From NCBI GenBank assembly GCA_963713045.1, contig CAVQKE010000003.1, forward strand, positions 768,001 through 832,000: a stretch of 64,000 nt of DNA. The letters run 5' to 3'. Position 1 is the first letter of the stretch. The number at the start of each line of letters is the position of its first letter. This document shows, piece by piece, positions 62,441 to 64,000 of this stretch. This DNA is from an uncultured delta proteobacterium. GTDB taxonomy: Bacteria; Myxococcota; Myxococcia; Myxococcales; Myxococcaceae. Under the pieces are notes generated by a model, which saw only the letters and a list, made by a program, of their open reading frames with translations, made no database searches and was not told the origin of the DNA. A program made the translations under genes and the position numbers.

Positions 62441-64000
62441 TTAAGCCTCCAGCCCGCGTTGGCGAACCAACTTCTCCATTCCCTCGACCAGCGCCGCCGC
62501 TGCGGCGGACAGCCGTCCTCGTACCACCTCCAACGGCTGGCGCGCGTCTGGAGTTTCGGACACATCCACGTACAGCTTCAGCTTGGGCTCCGTGCCCGAG
62601 GGCCGCACCAACACCCGCGCGCCACCGGCGACGTCAAAGGCGAGGAGGTCCGTCTGGGGGAGGTCGGCACCGCCAGCCTCTCCGCTCAACGGGCCGGCGG
62701 CGTAGTCGCGGACCTCCAGGACGCTTCGGCCAGCGATGCTGGAGGGGGACTTCTGGCGAAAGCCCGCCATCACGTTGGACAGGGTGGTGGCCCCAGCCAT
62801 TTCGGGCAACGCCAAGCTGCGCTGAAGCGAGGTGAAGGCGCCGTACTGCCGTGACACCTCATCGAGGACGTCCAGCACCGTCGCCCCGCGCGCATGCGCC
62901 CACCCTGCCAAGTCGGCCATCGCCACCGCCGCTCCAATCCCGTCCTTGTCGTGCACGGACGGCCCCACCGCATAGCCCAACGCTTCCTCGTAGGCGAAGA
63001 CGAAATGCGCGCCGCTTTGCACGCGGCGCAGCGCGGCGTTGGCAATCCATTTGAAGCCCGTCAGGGTCTCGACGTACTCCGCGCCCAAGGCGCGGGCGAT
63101 GTGGCAGAAGTGTGGCGACGACACCACGGTGGACAGGACGAGGGGACGCGTTTGCTTCGGGCCTTCGCTGAGGAGGTAGTGCCCCAAGAGAATACCCACC
63201 TCGTTGCCGGTGAGTTGCCGCAGCTGCCCGTCGCGTCCCCGGGCCATCACCGCGAGGCGGTCCGCATCGGGGTCATTGGCGAGCACGACGTCCGCCTGGA
63301 CGTCTTCTGCCAGGCGCCTGGCGAGCTTCAAGGCACCGGGCTCCTCGGGATTCGGCGAGGCCACCGCCCGGAAGTCTGGGTCGGGCTGCTGCTGCTCGGC
63401 GACCACGTGGGTGTGCAGAAAACCCGCCCGATGAAGCGCGTCCACCGCCAGCGCGCCGCCCACCCCCTGAAGCGCGGTGTAGCAAAGGACAATGTCTCGC
63501 CCCGCGCGCGGGTGTCGACACTCGGACACCACGGCGTCCAGGTAGCGGGCTCTTAGCTGAGACCCCACCTCGCGCAGCAGGCCCCGGGCGCGTGCCTCGG
63601 CCGGCTCGAGGAGGGGCACGGCGTTGGCTGGGCCGGCGCGGGCCATTTCCAAGGCGATGGCCGTCTCGTCCGGCGGGATGACTTGTGCGCCGTTGGGCCC
63701 GTACACCTTGTAGCCGTTGTAGCCCTTGGGGTTGTGACTGGCGGTGACCACGACGGCCGCCGCCGCAGCCAGGCAAGGCACGGCGAAGGCCGCAAGCGGC
63801 GTCGGTGTGCTGGAAGGGAAAAGCCAGGCTGGAATTCCGGCCGCCGCCAACACGCCAGCCGTCTCCGCCGCAAACTCAGCGCTGAGGTGGCGGGCATCGC
63901 GCGCCACCACCACCCCGCGCTGGACAGCGTCCGGGACCGTGCGCAGCAGCCAGCGCGCCAGGCCGGCGGCAGCACGGCGGACGACGGCCCGGTTCATCCG
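62441..64000 (-). CDS. Alpha-D-phosphohexomutase (PGM2/phosphopentomutase-like), 5' end outside the window
   Basis: TASHNP, DPDADR, TLTGFKW, YEEALG, DKDG, RPSGTEPKLKLY. Confidence 0.95.
   Translation of the reverse strand, partial: RMNRAVVRRAAAGLARWLLRTVPDAVQRGVVVARDARHLSAEFAAETAGVLAAAGIPAWLFPSSTPTPLAAFAVPCLAAAAAVVVTASHNPKGYNGYKVYGPNGAQVIPPDETAIALEMARAGPANAVPLLEPAEARARGLLREVGSQLRARYLDAVVSECRHPRAGRDIVLCYTALQGVGGALAVDALHRAGFLHTHVVAEQQQPDPDFRAVASPNPEEPGALKLARRLAEDVQADVVLANDPDADRLAVMARGRDGQLRQLTGNEVGILLGHYLLSEGPKQTRPLVLSTVVSSPHFCHIARALGAEYVETLTGFKWIANAALRRVQSGAHFVFAYEEALGYAVGPSVHDKDGIGAAVAMADLAGWAHARGATVLDVLDEVSRQYGAFTSLQRSLALPEMAGATTLSNVMAGFRQKSPSSIAGRSVLEVRDYAAGPLSGEAGGADLPQTDLLAFDVAGGARVLVRPSGTEPKLKLYVDVSETPDARQPLEVVRGRLSAAAAALVEGMEKLVRQRGLEA

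Overview
GC-rich bacterial chromosomal segment, very probably from a myxobacterium (Myxococcota): it carries carD-carG, several myxobacterial-type PilZ proteins, Hanks-type kinases and a Bat/MoxR operon. Most of the window is core genome. From left to right: the 5' end of the dcw cluster (ftsI-ftsL-rsmH-STAS-mraZ), fatty-acid and aldehyde oxidation genes, carD-carG, two GT-C glycosyltransferases, rho, ligA, an RNase E/G gene, ihfB, moxR-DUF58-batA-E, mscS, a Fis-like gene, a multiheme cytochrome, a LysM lytic transglycosylase, two tandem M1 aminopeptidases, a pspA-centred minus-strand run ending in a kinase and an AAA ATPase, and a nucleoside-salvage cluster interrupted by two paralogous outer-membrane barrel genes. 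I found no rRNA, tRNA, CRISPR array, transposase or phage gene. Four single-base frameshifts in three genes (rne twice, moxR, cytochrome) look like assembly errors. Best candidates for something undescribed: (i) a PspA/ESCRT-III-like gene coupled to an orphan membrane-anchored solute-binding protein and a TM-coiled-coil protein, with a classic-clade AAA ATPase downstream; (ii) a ~400-nt highly structured leader upstream of rne; (iii) a non-canonical STAS gene inside mraZ-rsmH; (iv) Cys-loop beta-barrels inside the nucleoside-salvage cluster. All calls come from motif recognition by eye; no searches were run. Start codons were often trimmed from the ORF track using RBS and overlap evidence.
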